Assembly (NCBI GenBank): GCA_963747875.1
Contig: CAVVGU010000002.1
Location: 70,829-134,828, forward strand
Source: an uncultured Solirubrobacterales bacterium
GTDB taxonomy: Bacteria > Actinomycetota > Thermoleophilia > Solirubrobacterales > Solirubrobacteraceae
Direction of reading: 5' to 3'
DNA: 64,000 bases
The stretch's first letter is position 1, and each line of letters opens with the position of its first letter. Below are positions 14,210-22,907 of this stretch, one piece after another. The notes under the pieces are model-generated. The model was not told where the DNA came from, searched no databases, and saw only the letters and a program-made list of their open reading frames with translations. The position numbers and the translations under genes are program-made.

Positions 14210-14627
14210 GGCGCCGATGCGCGCCGACTCAGAGTCGCCCGCCAACCCCCCACCACGCGTCCGCGCCCCACCACGCGCCGGCGCCCCACCCCCAACCAAC
14301 TCAGAGCCCAGCGCCGGCCCCGCACCACGCTCCGACAGCCGTGTGTGCAGCACCGCGAGCACCGCACCGACGACACCCTCACCGCTCAGCGGCGCCACCT
14401 CGCCACGCCTCGCTTCCCCGCGGCCCTCCTCGACCGCGACGACGAGCACACCCACCACCGCCGCCCGGCGCTCCAGCGCCCGCGGACCCGCGCCGAGCGC
14501 ATGCACCACACAGCGCACCGAGATCCGGCTCCTCATCGAAGAACCCCAGTAGCGCCACCAACGCCCCCCGCACCCGCTCCCGCCAACGACCACCGCCCGC
14601 GAACACCGGCACCACCCGCGCCGCCGC
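14210..14627 (-). pseudogene. type R2 remnant: internal fragment of the dual-HTH regulator
   Basis: Only the central part is present (SAAARVVPVF...GALVALLGFFDEEPDLGAL / CVVHALGAGPRALERR...GDSESARIG). The TetR HTH and the C-terminal wHTH are both missing. Relative to R4 there is also a 2-nt loss in a CA run near 14510, which splits the frame across track ORFs 14379-14615 and 14195-14593. Confidence 0.8.
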
Positions 14628-14633
14628 GCTTAC

Positions 14634-17600
14634 TCACCCCCTCCGCTTCTTAGCACGCGGATGGGCATGCCGGTTCTTCGGCTTCTTGTGCACCGCCTTC
14701 TTGGCCTTCGGACAGCCGGTGACCGCGATCTTCGTACTCGTATGGATCTGCGCGCCGTTCTGCCCCACGAATTCCGTCGGCATCGCCAGCGACGTTTTGC
14801 AGAGATTGCGGTTCGCCGCAAGCGCCGAGAACTGGCCCTGGGGCAGTGTCAATTCAAACGTACCGACCGGAACGTCGGGGATCGCCTTGAACGTACTACT
14901 CGTAATCCCCGTCTTTTCATTGATGAATGTCGAACCGACCAGATGCACCGTCGCGCCATAGCCCTGCAACACGATCACCAGGCTCGGGAACTGTTCCCCA
15001 CCGTGCGAAACGAAGTACGCCGGACCCGTCAACGGCACCGGCAACACCGGTGTGCTCGCAGTCGCGTGGCCGACGATCGACGCCGCGGGGCACCCCGCGG
15101 GGTTCGCTTCGAACGTTTCCGCCTTGCACGCCTTCTGCAGCGTCGTCAACCGCGAGGGCAGCGCCTTCGGCAGTTCCACTTTGACCCTGGCGATGTTCGC
15201 ATCGTACGGCCCCGCCGGGTAGCCCAGTTTGACGGTCAGGCTCGCGCCGCCCGCCCTGGTGGTTTTCCCCGACGTCGAAGCAGTCAGCTTCGGCTTGAAC
15301 GCGAGCACCGCGCAGTTCGTGATCTGAAACGGCACCGAGAGCGCCGAGGTGGACCCTTCGCTCGAACCGAGGTTCCCGGTGATCGCGAGCGGGCTGCAGT
15401 TCGTCGGGTTGAACGTGAAATCGGGCCGGTCGATCGACACGTTCACGTGCTTGATCTGCAGGGGGATCCCGTCGATGATGTGCGGGATCGCGTACGGACC
15501 CGAGGGGTCCGTCGTGATCGTCAACTGCGCGGTCGTCGGATCGACTTCGATCTTCGCGCGGACGATCACCTTCCCCAGGTCGAACGGGCCCGCCTTCGCC
15601 GGGTTCACGATCGACAGACCATACGGCGCGCCGTCGTACGGGCCGGTGATGAACACTTCGCCGCCTGTCACGGTGTACGGGTTCCCCCCGAGGCCGACAC
15701 TGACGATCGTATGCCCGATCAGGCTTTCCGCCCCGCAGGTGCCCTGGTCGGCCTGCGGTTCCCCGCACAGCTTCACGGTGGAGAGCGTGCCGAGCAGCCC
15801 CGGGGGCATCTTCAGCTGGATCGCCTGCAGGTTCTGCTCCCCGTCCCCGCGGGACATCGTCATCCGGAACGGGCTGAACCCGCCGGCCTGGATACTCGTC
15901 GTACCCGCCGTCAGGCTCGGCTCGAACGGCAACGGGTCAGAGCACGCCGCGCCGTTCGGACCCGAGGCGATCTGGAACTCCGAGGAGGATTCCACCGGTG
16001 CGTTCCCCGACCACGGCGTGATTGACGCCGTCGTCGTATATGTGCCGCACAGAGCCGGAGTACCCAACGGCGCCCGCGACCCACCGAAGAAATGCAGACT
16101 TAGATCTTCGAACGGAAGCTGCGGGGTGTTTTCGAACGTCGAGACCAACTGCCCGGTCACCGGGCTCGGCGTGACCTGCCCCGCGAGCTTCACCAGCACA
16201 CCCGACACGGGGTCCCGCGCGACGACGTACAGCGCGATCAGCGACCCGAACGGGTTCGCGTCCTGCTGCGCCAGATACACCGCGCCGACCAGCGGATTCG
16301 GCAGTAGCGGCGTATGGATTTCCACCGTCCCGACCTTCGCCGATTCCGGGCACGTCTGTTCAGCTGAGCTTTCGAGGCCGATTTCGCCCAGGCCACATGC
16401 GGACAGGTCATCCGCGCCGGCCGGATTCAACGCCACGCCCGCCGGCAGCGTCACCGTGGTGTTCCTCACGTTCGCCTCCCCGTCACCGGCCGGGTTCAAA
16501 TCGGCAGCCTGGGGAACGTGCACGCCGACAGTCAAACCCGTCGGCGAACTGCCGGCCTGCCCATCCGGCGCGACCTCGATCGACGGTTCGAAGCTCAAGC
16601 GGTTGCACCCGTCCAGCCCGTACGGTTCACCGGCGACATTCGCAGAGGTGTATTCCGTGGTCGCGAACTTCCCGGGCTGCTCCCACGAATCGGCTTCCAT
16701 ACTGGTCCGCAACGGGCCCGTACACGACGTCGGCAGCACCAGGAACGGCTGCCCGTTCGCCTGCCCCGGACAGGAGACTTCCTGAAGTCCGCTTTCTCCG
16801 AAGCTGAACTCATCCAGGCATCCACCGCGCACAGTGTCGTGCCGGGTTTCGCTCGGGTCGCCCCAAAACGTAACCTGGCTGCCGATGAAGGCGACGTCCT
16901 GGAGGATATTGGGCACCGTGACGACAACGCCATAGTCTCCCCCGGTGCGCACCGATGTGTCGAGCACCACCGGTCCGGCAAGCGTCGTGAAGCCGAACTT
17001 CGCGGGCTCTCCCACCGATGGTGTGAGGTTGTACAGAGGCTTCGATTCGGCCCACGGCACCTGTGTGCCTGCGCGTACATTGGTGACTATCACCGTGGCG
17101 ACGCCGATGGCTGAGTCGGCAGGGCATTCGACCTGTTCTTCGCTGGTCAGAGTCGACTGGTGCGTGAAGACGTATGTGCTGCACTGCGGCAGCACAGTTG
17201 GGTTACCGACCAGCCCAGGCGGCAGATTGAAGCGCAGGTCCTTGGTCAGTCCGAGCGGCTCGACTTCCGCGAGAGCTTCGTTGGCCCCTGAACCGGACTG
17301 GCGAGGCACCGACTGCGCGCTCAGCCCGAACGTCGTCGTGAACTGAAACGGATGCGATCCAGCCTGGGTATCCAGCGCGCCGCCCTCTTCTTCGGGAGTC
17401 AATTCATAGTTTTCGACCCCGTACGGTGCCGGCGCGCCCCCGAGCGCCAGCGGCCGCCGCTGGACGACCGGGGACGTCCCGCCGCCAGACACGCTCACTT
17501 CGTTCTCGCCACGGCCCGCACCGGGCGCCACCGTGACCGTCATCGCGATCATCAACCGTTCGTAAGGCAGCAGCGGCCCGCTGTAGGTGCACGTCAGCGT

Positions 17601-17939
17601 CGCCAGCGTGCAGCTCGTGAAGGCCGCCGCGTTCGTCCTGTTCAGTTCGCTGCCTCCCCCTTCTCCGTAGATATTGGTCGCAGTCACGCCCGCGGGCAAC
17701 CTGTCCACAACAGTCACAGGCTGTTCGAACCCGTTGGCCATCGCGTCGCCCAGATTGCTCACTTCCACCACCACCCGGTCTTCGATAGCCGCAGTGTTCG
17801 CCGGCGCGGAGACGGTATCGACATGCCACCACGGCGTCGCCGCAGACGCCCGGCCCGCACCGCATGACGCGACCAACACCACCGCGACAGCCGACAGGCC
17901 CGCCCTCACGACAACTCTCCTGAGCGTATATCCACTCAT
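14634..17939 (-). CDS. type A2: large secreted Cys-motif repeat protein with polybasic tail
   Basis: The start is set at ATG 17939 (MSGYTLRRVVVRAGLSAVAVVLVASCGAGRASA), overlapping the B2 stop as ATGA 17936-17939. The mature N-terminus is TPWWHV, followed by a DUF11/CARDB-like first domain (VEVSNLGDAMANG...VVDRLPAGV). Further motifs are AGSHPFQFTTTF, CPADSAIG, CPESAKVG, CGAESLIG and CPAASIVG. The C-terminus is VTGCPKAKKAVHKKPKNRHAHPRAKKRRG. Confidence 0.85.
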   Translation of the reverse strand: MSGYTLRRVVVRAGLSAVAVVLVASCGAGRASAATPWWHVDTVSAPANTAAIEDRVVVEVSNLGDAMANGFEQPVTVVDRLPAGVTATNIYGEGGGSELNRTNAAAFTSCTLATLTCTYSGPLLPYERLMIAMTVTVAPGAGRGENEVSVSGGGTSPVVQRRPLALGGAPAPYGVENYELTPEEEGGALDTQAGSHPFQFTTTFGLSAQSVPRQSGSGANEALAEVEPLGLTKDLRFNLPPGLVGNPTVLPQCSTYVFTHQSTLTSEEQVECPADSAIGVATVIVTNVRAGTQVPWAESKPLYNLTPSVGEPAKFGFTTLAGPVVLDTSVRTGGDYGVVVTVPNILQDVAFIGSQVTFWGDPSETRHDTVRGGCLDEFSFGESGLQEVSCPGQANGQPFLVLPTSCTGPLRTSMEADSWEQPGKFATTEYTSANVAGEPYGLDGCNRLSFEPSIEVAPDGQAGSSPTGLTVGVHVPQAADLNPAGDGEANVRNTTVTLPAGVALNPAGADDLSACGLGEIGLESSAEQTCPESAKVGTVEIHTPLLPNPLVGAVYLAQQDANPFGSLIALYVVARDPVSGVLVKLAGQVTPSPVTGQLVSTFENTPQLPFEDLSLHFFGGSRAPLGTPALCGTYTTTASITPWSGNAPVESSSEFQIASGPNGAACSDPLPFEPSLTAGTTSIQAGGFSPFRMTMSRGDGEQNLQAIQLKMPPGLLGTLSTVKLCGEPQADQGTCGAESLIGHTIVSVGLGGNPYTVTGGEVFITGPYDGAPYGLSIVNPAKAGPFDLGKVIVRAKIEVDPTTAQLTITTDPSGPYAIPHIIDGIPLQIKHVNVSIDRPDFTFNPTNCSPLAITGNLGSSEGSTSALSVPFQITNCAVLAFKPKLTASTSGKTTRAGGASLTVKLGYPAGPYDANIARVKVELPKALPSRLTTLQKACKAETFEANPAGCPAASIVGHATASTPVLPVPLTGPAYFVSHGGEQFPSLVIVLQGYGATVHLVGSTFINEKTGITSSTFKAIPDVPVGTFELTLPQGQFSALAANRNLCKTSLAMPTEFVGQNGAQIHTSTKIAVTGCPKAKKAVHKKPKNRHAHPRAKKRRG

Positions 17940-20900
17940 CGCCCGCCCCCCTTTCCACTCGTTCTCGTAGCGCGAGCCCGTCGCGCTCGCCTGACCTCGT
18001 GTCCTCTCGCTTTCCCTCTGCGCCTCTTCCCTTTCGCCCTGCGCTTCGTCTTTTTTTTGCGCTTGGAAACGTGCGGCTTGACCACTTCCGGCTTGGCTTC
18101 TTCGAGTATGTTGCCGGCCCCCGAGAACGTCCCGCTCGGCGGAGCTCCGAACACTTCGGGCTGCGGGGACGGTGCGGCCTTGCACGAATCCCCAGAAGTG
18201 CACGGTGGCGGCGCCACCGGAGCGGTCGTACACGGCACGCTCGTCGTGCAGACGTGGGCGTCATACACGTCAAGGCTGTTGTCGTAGTCCGCGGCGCTCA
18301 GTCGGCTCGCGGTCAGGAAGAACACGTCGTTCCCCGTTTCGCTGGCATCCACAAACGCCGATTCCTGATCGGACGTACCCGAGGAGATCAGGCTCACACA
18401 GCCCCCGGAACGCGTGCTGAACGTAGCGCTCCCCATTTCGCAGCTGCCGATACCCGCGGGCTCATACTCGTATGCGTCCAGCAGCCCGTTCGTGTCCTGC
18501 GGCACGAGCGCGTCGGGGCTATCGAAGAACAGCCGGCCGCTGTCCGATAGATACCGCGGCTGATACAGCGAGCGTTCAAAGCGAACTTCGACCCAGCCCG
18601 GGACGAAGCCAGCGACCCACTGACCCTTCAGGGCGGCGTCGGTCCTGAGATTGCGGTCCCCGAGCACGTTTGTCGCCGTGTCGAGCACCCCCACGGGCCG
18701 TGCCCCCGTCGGATCGCACGACGCGCACACCAGATGCCCGGTGAGCGCGTCGTACAGGTACACCTCGTCGTCGGGCTGTCCACTGCCCGCGTCGATGTTG
18801 TCATAGCCGGTCAGCGACCTGCTCGACATGAACGCCAGGTAGCGGCCGCCCGGCGAGACCCTCGATCTCACGCCGTTGAGATTCACCGGCCCCCCGAACG
18901 CCTTGCTGTACCAGTCATGTTCGTCGGCGCTCGACAGCGTGGCGATATAGCCGATCGTCCATTCGCCGCCGTGCTCGTGCGCCACATAGAGGTTGTCTTC
19001 GCCCGCCACCGCGGCGCTCCCGCTTGCCAGGACGCCCGTCGCCACGAAATACACGTACGAACCGTCTTCGCTTGCGCCGAGCACGGCGTCCTTCACGCCC
19101 GCGCTGGCTTCGCCGGCGAGGTGGTCGACCGTGAGATCCATCTGTGTAGCGGTTCCTGTGTCGAACTCGTACAATTCACCATCTTCCAGAAAGAAGATCC
19201 GTGACCCGTCACTGCTCATCGTCTGCAGGATCGGATTATGACGGGCGCCGATCTGCGTGGTCTTCCCGGCGGTCATGTCGCGGACGTACAGCGTCGCGTG
19301 TTCCCGTTCAGAGTAGTACGGGTTACCCCCCAACGACCAGACCACCCAGCGGCCGTCGCTCGATACCGCGCGTCGGGCCGAGCCGAACCCATTCCCTTCG
19401 CCACCCAGCTGCGCCCCGGCCGTCGCTTCTTCGTCGGGCAGGACGCTCACCAGCTGCGGTCGCCCGGCGCTCCACTCATATAAATATTGATCCACGTTTT
19501 CTGTCCTGACTTCCGGGATTCCGGGGGTCAGCGCCAACTCGGACTTGATGATCACGTGACTCAAATCCGGTGTCGCTGCGACGAATTCCACCGCGGATTC
19601 ACGGTTTTTTAGCGATTCCCCCACTTCCCCTTCGAGTTTTGTGCCCGCTGGGACATTCGCCGCCGTGAGGAGCGGCCTATAGCTCCCATCGGTATCGTTG
19701 CGCAGGTACAGTTTTCCTTCCGTCGCTTCAGGCGAAAGAGGCGTCCGTGCGGTCCCCTCCTGCCGGACCGCGGCAAGCGACAGGTCCGGGGAGAATACCC
19801 GATATTCAGGGCCCTCGACGTCGATTTCCTGCTGTGTTCCAAGGCTGTGCGGCGGCGTGATGTCCTGCGACTCCCAGCCGGCGGGGCCGCGCCTGGAGAG
19901 GATCTGCGAGATCGGGGTCTTGCCCACCGGGTTTTCCCCGATCGCTTCGGTCGCCGCATAGGCGATCCCGCTGCCATCGTCCGCCGCCTGCACCGGGGTA
20001 CCGCCGAAGACTTCGATCAGGGCGCCGCTCTTGTTTGGCGGCGACACGAGTTCCCAGGCGCGCCCATCCGCCAGAGCCGCCCCCTGTCCGGCGACCACCT
20101 GCGTGCTGAACGTACGATCGGCGCCTGCGACGGTCCCGACTGCGCTGACCGTCACGACCCGGTAGTGATAGACCGTGCCCGCCTGCAGTCCCTGCACGTG
20201 ATAGCCGACCGGCACATAGCCCATACCGCTACCCACACTCCCGGACAGGGCGTGTCCGTAGGAGGTGTCCGTCCCGTATTCGAGCCGGTATTCCGTGCTC
20301 GCGCCCAACGGGTCTACCCGCGCTGACAGCGTCGCGCTCGTGCCCGCAACATTCGTCGCCCACGGGCCTTCGATCAGCGCCGGCGGCGTCGTTTCGAGCA
20401 CCCGGTCCGGGCCGACGGTCGCATGGCCGGCCGAATCGTCGGCCACGAGCCGGTAGTGGTAGGTCCCTCCCGGGACCAGGCCCGTCAATTCGACGACGGC
20501 CGTGTGATCTTCGAAGAGGCCGGACGCGGCCGTGGCGCTGGGCGTGCTCGTTGCGCTCGCGAAGCCCCCGCTCAGATATTGAGTCTCACCGACGTATTCG
20601 AAATGGTAGGTCGTTGCGTTGCCCTCAGGGTCGACCTGGGCTTCGAGCGTCGCGGCGCCCCGCAGCCCGGACACGGATGACTCGCTATCGATCAACGGCC
20701 CCGGCGGGGGCGCCGCCAACACCCATACCCTGTTCTGTTCAAAGGCTGACGCATACAGCCGTTGCGTGACCGCCGAGAACGCCAGGCCCCCGTTGCCGCC
20801 AGCGACGGTGCCAGACCCGAAGTTCGCAAGCTCCCCGCCGGCCGAGTCGTACTCCAGCACATGGAAGCCGCCGCCGGAATCGCCGACATACACATCGCCC

Positions 20901-21766
20901 GCGGCATCGAGCGCCAGCGCCGTCACCGACGTGCTGCCCGGATCGAGCTGAAAGCCGGCTTCGATCCCTCCCGGTTCGAACTCCCGCACCCCTGGGACGC
21001 CCCGGTCATACACATACACGTCCCCCGTCGCGTTCACCGCCAACGCCTTCACAGCGGCCGTGCTGGAGAGACCAGACAGCGAGATGCTTTCCTTCCAGGC
21101 GCCCGCGGCTGTGAACACCTGCACACGCGCCATATCGCCGACGTACACGTCGCCGCCCGGACCGACAGCGACGAAGCCGCCGCCCGACCAGCTGAATTCC
21201 CCGTCCCCGGCCCCTTCAGTCCCAAAGCCGCATTCTTCTGTGGCGAGACACACATCCCCGCTCGTGCGCCGGTTCACATGCCCGCCGAACATCAATAGAA
21301 ATTCCCCGTTCGGCCCGTACTTCTCCACGCGTTCGCGCGGGTAATCGGCCACATACACATCCCCGAGGGAGGGGCTTCCAAGTTCGTCGTCGACCGCCAC
21401 TCCGCTGGGGTATCCACCGAATGGACCACCGACCGTCGAGCGTTCCTTCTGTTCACGCCCTTCTTCACATACGCTCGTGCAGATCTGAAATTCTTCGAGC
21501 CCGCTCAGCACCCCTTCGCCCCACGCCAGCGCGAAGGGGCCCCCCGCTTCGAACTTGTCGACGCGATGGTTTCCAGAATCCCCGACATACACGTCACCGG
21601 CCGCGTCGACCGCGACACCGGTCGGAGATAGGAGCTGTCCCGCGCCGTTACCGGTGCTGCCGAACTGGGTCGCCGCCCCCGCGCAATCCACGGAGAGCGT
21701 GAAGACACCACCAAACGCACACACCGATACCAACAGAGGCACGACAAGCCGGCGCACACCCCACAT
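17936..21766 (-). CDS. type B2: secreted NHL-repeat plus Fn3-like plus PD40-like beta-propeller protein with polybasic tail
   Basis: The start is set at ATG 21766 (MWGVRRLVVPLLVSVCAFGGVFTLSVDCAGA). NHL-type blades include GDVYVGDSGNHRVDKF, GDVYVADYPRERVEKY and GDVYVGDMARVQVF. Two Fn3-like units carry TYHYRLVA and TVYHYRVV. Propeller blades include SSDGRWVVW and SPGGRYLAFMSSRSLTGYDN. The C-terminus is CTSGDSC...TFSGAGNI plus a K/R tail. Confidence 0.85.
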   Translation of the reverse strand: MWGVRRLVVPLLVSVCAFGGVFTLSVDCAGAATQFGSTGNGAGQLLSPTGVAVDAAGDVYVGDSGNHRVDKFEAGGPFALAWGEGVLSGLEEFQICTSVCEEGREQKERSTVGGPFGGYPSGVAVDDELGSPSLGDVYVADYPRERVEKYGPNGEFLLMFGGHVNRRTSGDVCLATEECGFGTEGAGDGEFSWSGGGFVAVGPGGDVYVGDMARVQVFTAAGAWKESISLSGLSSTAAVKALAVNATGDVYVYDRGVPGVREFEPGGIEAGFQLDPGSTSVTALALDAAGDVYVGDSGGGFHVLEYDSAGGELANFGSGTVAGGNGGLAFSAVTQRLYASAFEQNRVWVLAAPPPGPLIDSESSVSGLRGAATLEAQVDPEGNATTYHFEYVGETQYLSGGFASATSTPSATAASGLFEDHTAVVELTGLVPGGTYHYRLVADDSAGHATVGPDRVLETTPPALIEGPWATNVAGTSATLSARVDPLGASTEYRLEYGTDTSYGHALSGSVGSGMGYVPVGYHVQGLQAGTVYHYRVVTVSAVGTVAGADRTFSTQVVAGQGAALADGRAWELVSPPNKSGALIEVFGGTPVQAADDGSGIAYAATEAIGENPVGKTPISQILSRRGPAGWESQDITPPHSLGTQQEIDVEGPEYRVFSPDLSLAAVRQEGTARTPLSPEATEGKLYLRNDTDGSYRPLLTAANVPAGTKLEGEVGESLKNRESAVEFVAATPDLSHVIIKSELALTPGIPEVRTENVDQYLYEWSAGRPQLVSVLPDEEATAGAQLGGEGNGFGSARRAVSSDGRWVVWSLGGNPYYSEREHATLYVRDMTAGKTTQIGARHNPILQTMSSDGSRIFFLEDGELYEFDTGTATQMDLTVDHLAGEASAGVKDAVLGASEDGSYVYFVATGVLASGSAAVAGEDNLYVAHEHGGEWTIGYIATLSSADEHDWYSKAFGGPVNLNGVRSRVSPGGRYLAFMSSRSLTGYDNIDAGSGQPDDEVYLYDALTGHLVCASCDPTGARPVGVLDTATNVLGDRNLRTDAALKGQWVAGFVPGWVEVRFERSLYQPRYLSDSGRLFFDSPDALVPQDTNGLLDAYEYEPAGIGSCEMGSATFSTRSGGCVSLISSGTSDQESAFVDASETGNDVFFLTASRLSAADYDNSLDVYDAHVCTTSVPCTTAPVAPPPCTSGDSCKAAPSPQPEVFGAPPSGTFSGAGNILEEAKPEVVKPHVSKRKKKTKRRAKGKRRRGKARGHEVRRARRARATRTSGKGGGR

Positions 21767-21895
21767 CCCATCCCCCTCTCCTCTAGTAAAGACACGACCA
21801 CCGCCCGAAGCCCGGACGGCGGCAGAAGCACAAGCGACGAGACCGAGCTCGTCCCACGAGCGCGGGATCACGGCGGGTGGCGCCCCCAGTTCATC

Positions 21896-22762
21896 TCAGC
21901 GGCCCCCCTTCATATCGGCCGGCCCGTGCTCCGCGCGCGTCTGCGCATGGATCGTGCGCTGCAGTTGCTCCCCGCGCAGCGTGAGCTGCCACGCGTTCGG
22001 CCCCCCGCGACCGACCTCGCCGTCGCCCGCGTTGAGGATCAACCCGAGGTGCAGCAGGCGCTGCAGCAGCTTCGAGGTCTGACCCTGGTCGGCGATCCCC
22101 GCCGCGTTCCCGACCTGACGGTTCGACGCCCCCGGCCGCGCCGCGATCGCCAACAGCACCCGCACCGTGCGGTAGGTCAGGCGCATGTCGAGACCCTTCA
22201 GGGGGTCCTCGCGCGCACTGGACCGCACCGCCATGACCTTCGGCGCGGGCCGCGCCAGCTCCCGCGCCGCCGCCGCAGGGCCCAGGTAGGGCAGCACGAT
22301 CATCCCCATCAGCGGGCCCGCCAGGCTTGTCAAGGGCGGGCCATTACGCGTCGACTCCCTGTCGAGGTCGGATAGGCGCGTGTGCAGCACCGCGAGCACC
22401 GCGCCGACGACGCCCTCTCCGCTGAGCGGCGCCACCTCGCCCCGCCTCGCTTCCTCGCAACCCTCCTCGACCGCTGCGACGAGCACGCGCACCATCTCCG
22501 CTCGGCGCTCCAGCGCTCGCGGGCCCGCGCCGAGCGCATGCACCACACAGAGCGCGCCGAGATCGGGCTCCTCGTCGAAGAGCCCCAGCAGCGCCACCAA
22601 AGCACCCCGCATCCGCTCCCGCCAGCGCCCCGCGCCCTCGAACACGGGGACCACCCTGGCCGCCGAGCGCTCCACCGCGTGATCGAACGCCGCCAAGAAG
22701 CAGTCCTCGCGGTCCGCGAACAGTTCGTAGAACGTCCGGCGCGATACGCCCGCCCGGGCCAC
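21896..22762 (-). CDS. type R3: dual-HTH regulator paralog lacking a canonical start upstream of its TetR HTH (possibly defective)
   Basis: Homology to R1/R4 continues upstream of the GTG at 22762 (ISDGVSFAREQVDEIQRTRVLGALCEVVAERGASGATVAHI) up to an in-frame TGA at 22904-22906. That stretch contains no ATG, GTG, TTG or CTG, so translation from 22762 would start inside the HTH. The C-terminal wHTH is intact and the linker is short. Confidence 0.6.
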   Translation of the reverse strand: MARAGVSRRTFYELFADREDCFLAAFDHAVERSAARVVPVFEGAGRWRERMRGALVALLGLFDEEPDLGALCVVHALGAGPRALERRAEMVRVLVAAVEEGCEEARRGEVAPLSGEGVVGAVLAVLHTRLSDLDRESTRNGPPLTSLAGPLMGMIVLPYLGPAAAARELARPAPKVMAVRSSAREDPLKGLDMRLTYRTVRVLLAIAARPGASNRQVGNAAGIADQGQTSKLLQRLLHLGLILNAGDGEVGRGGPNAWQLTLRGEQLQRTIHAQTRAEHGPADMKGGR

Positions 22763-22907
22763 GATGTGCGCGACTGTCGCACCAGACGCACCCCGTTCGG
22801 CGACGACCTCGCAGAGCGCACCGAGAACCCTGGTGCGCTGGATCTCGTCGACCTGCTCGCGCGCGAAGGAAACCCCGTCGCTGATAGCGGCACGTGGGAT
22901 GACTCAC

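Noticed and set aside
17850-17939. A lipoprotein signal in A2 (VASC lipobox-like)
   Set aside because: Only one of the four paralogs has it, and the match is to the relaxed pattern only. That is too weak to call.
17940-18233. 5' extension of the A2 ORF (the track ORF is 14634-18233)
   Set aside because: The situation is the same as for A4. The sequence upstream of MSGYTLRR overlaps the B2 tail in another frame and has no counterpart in A3.
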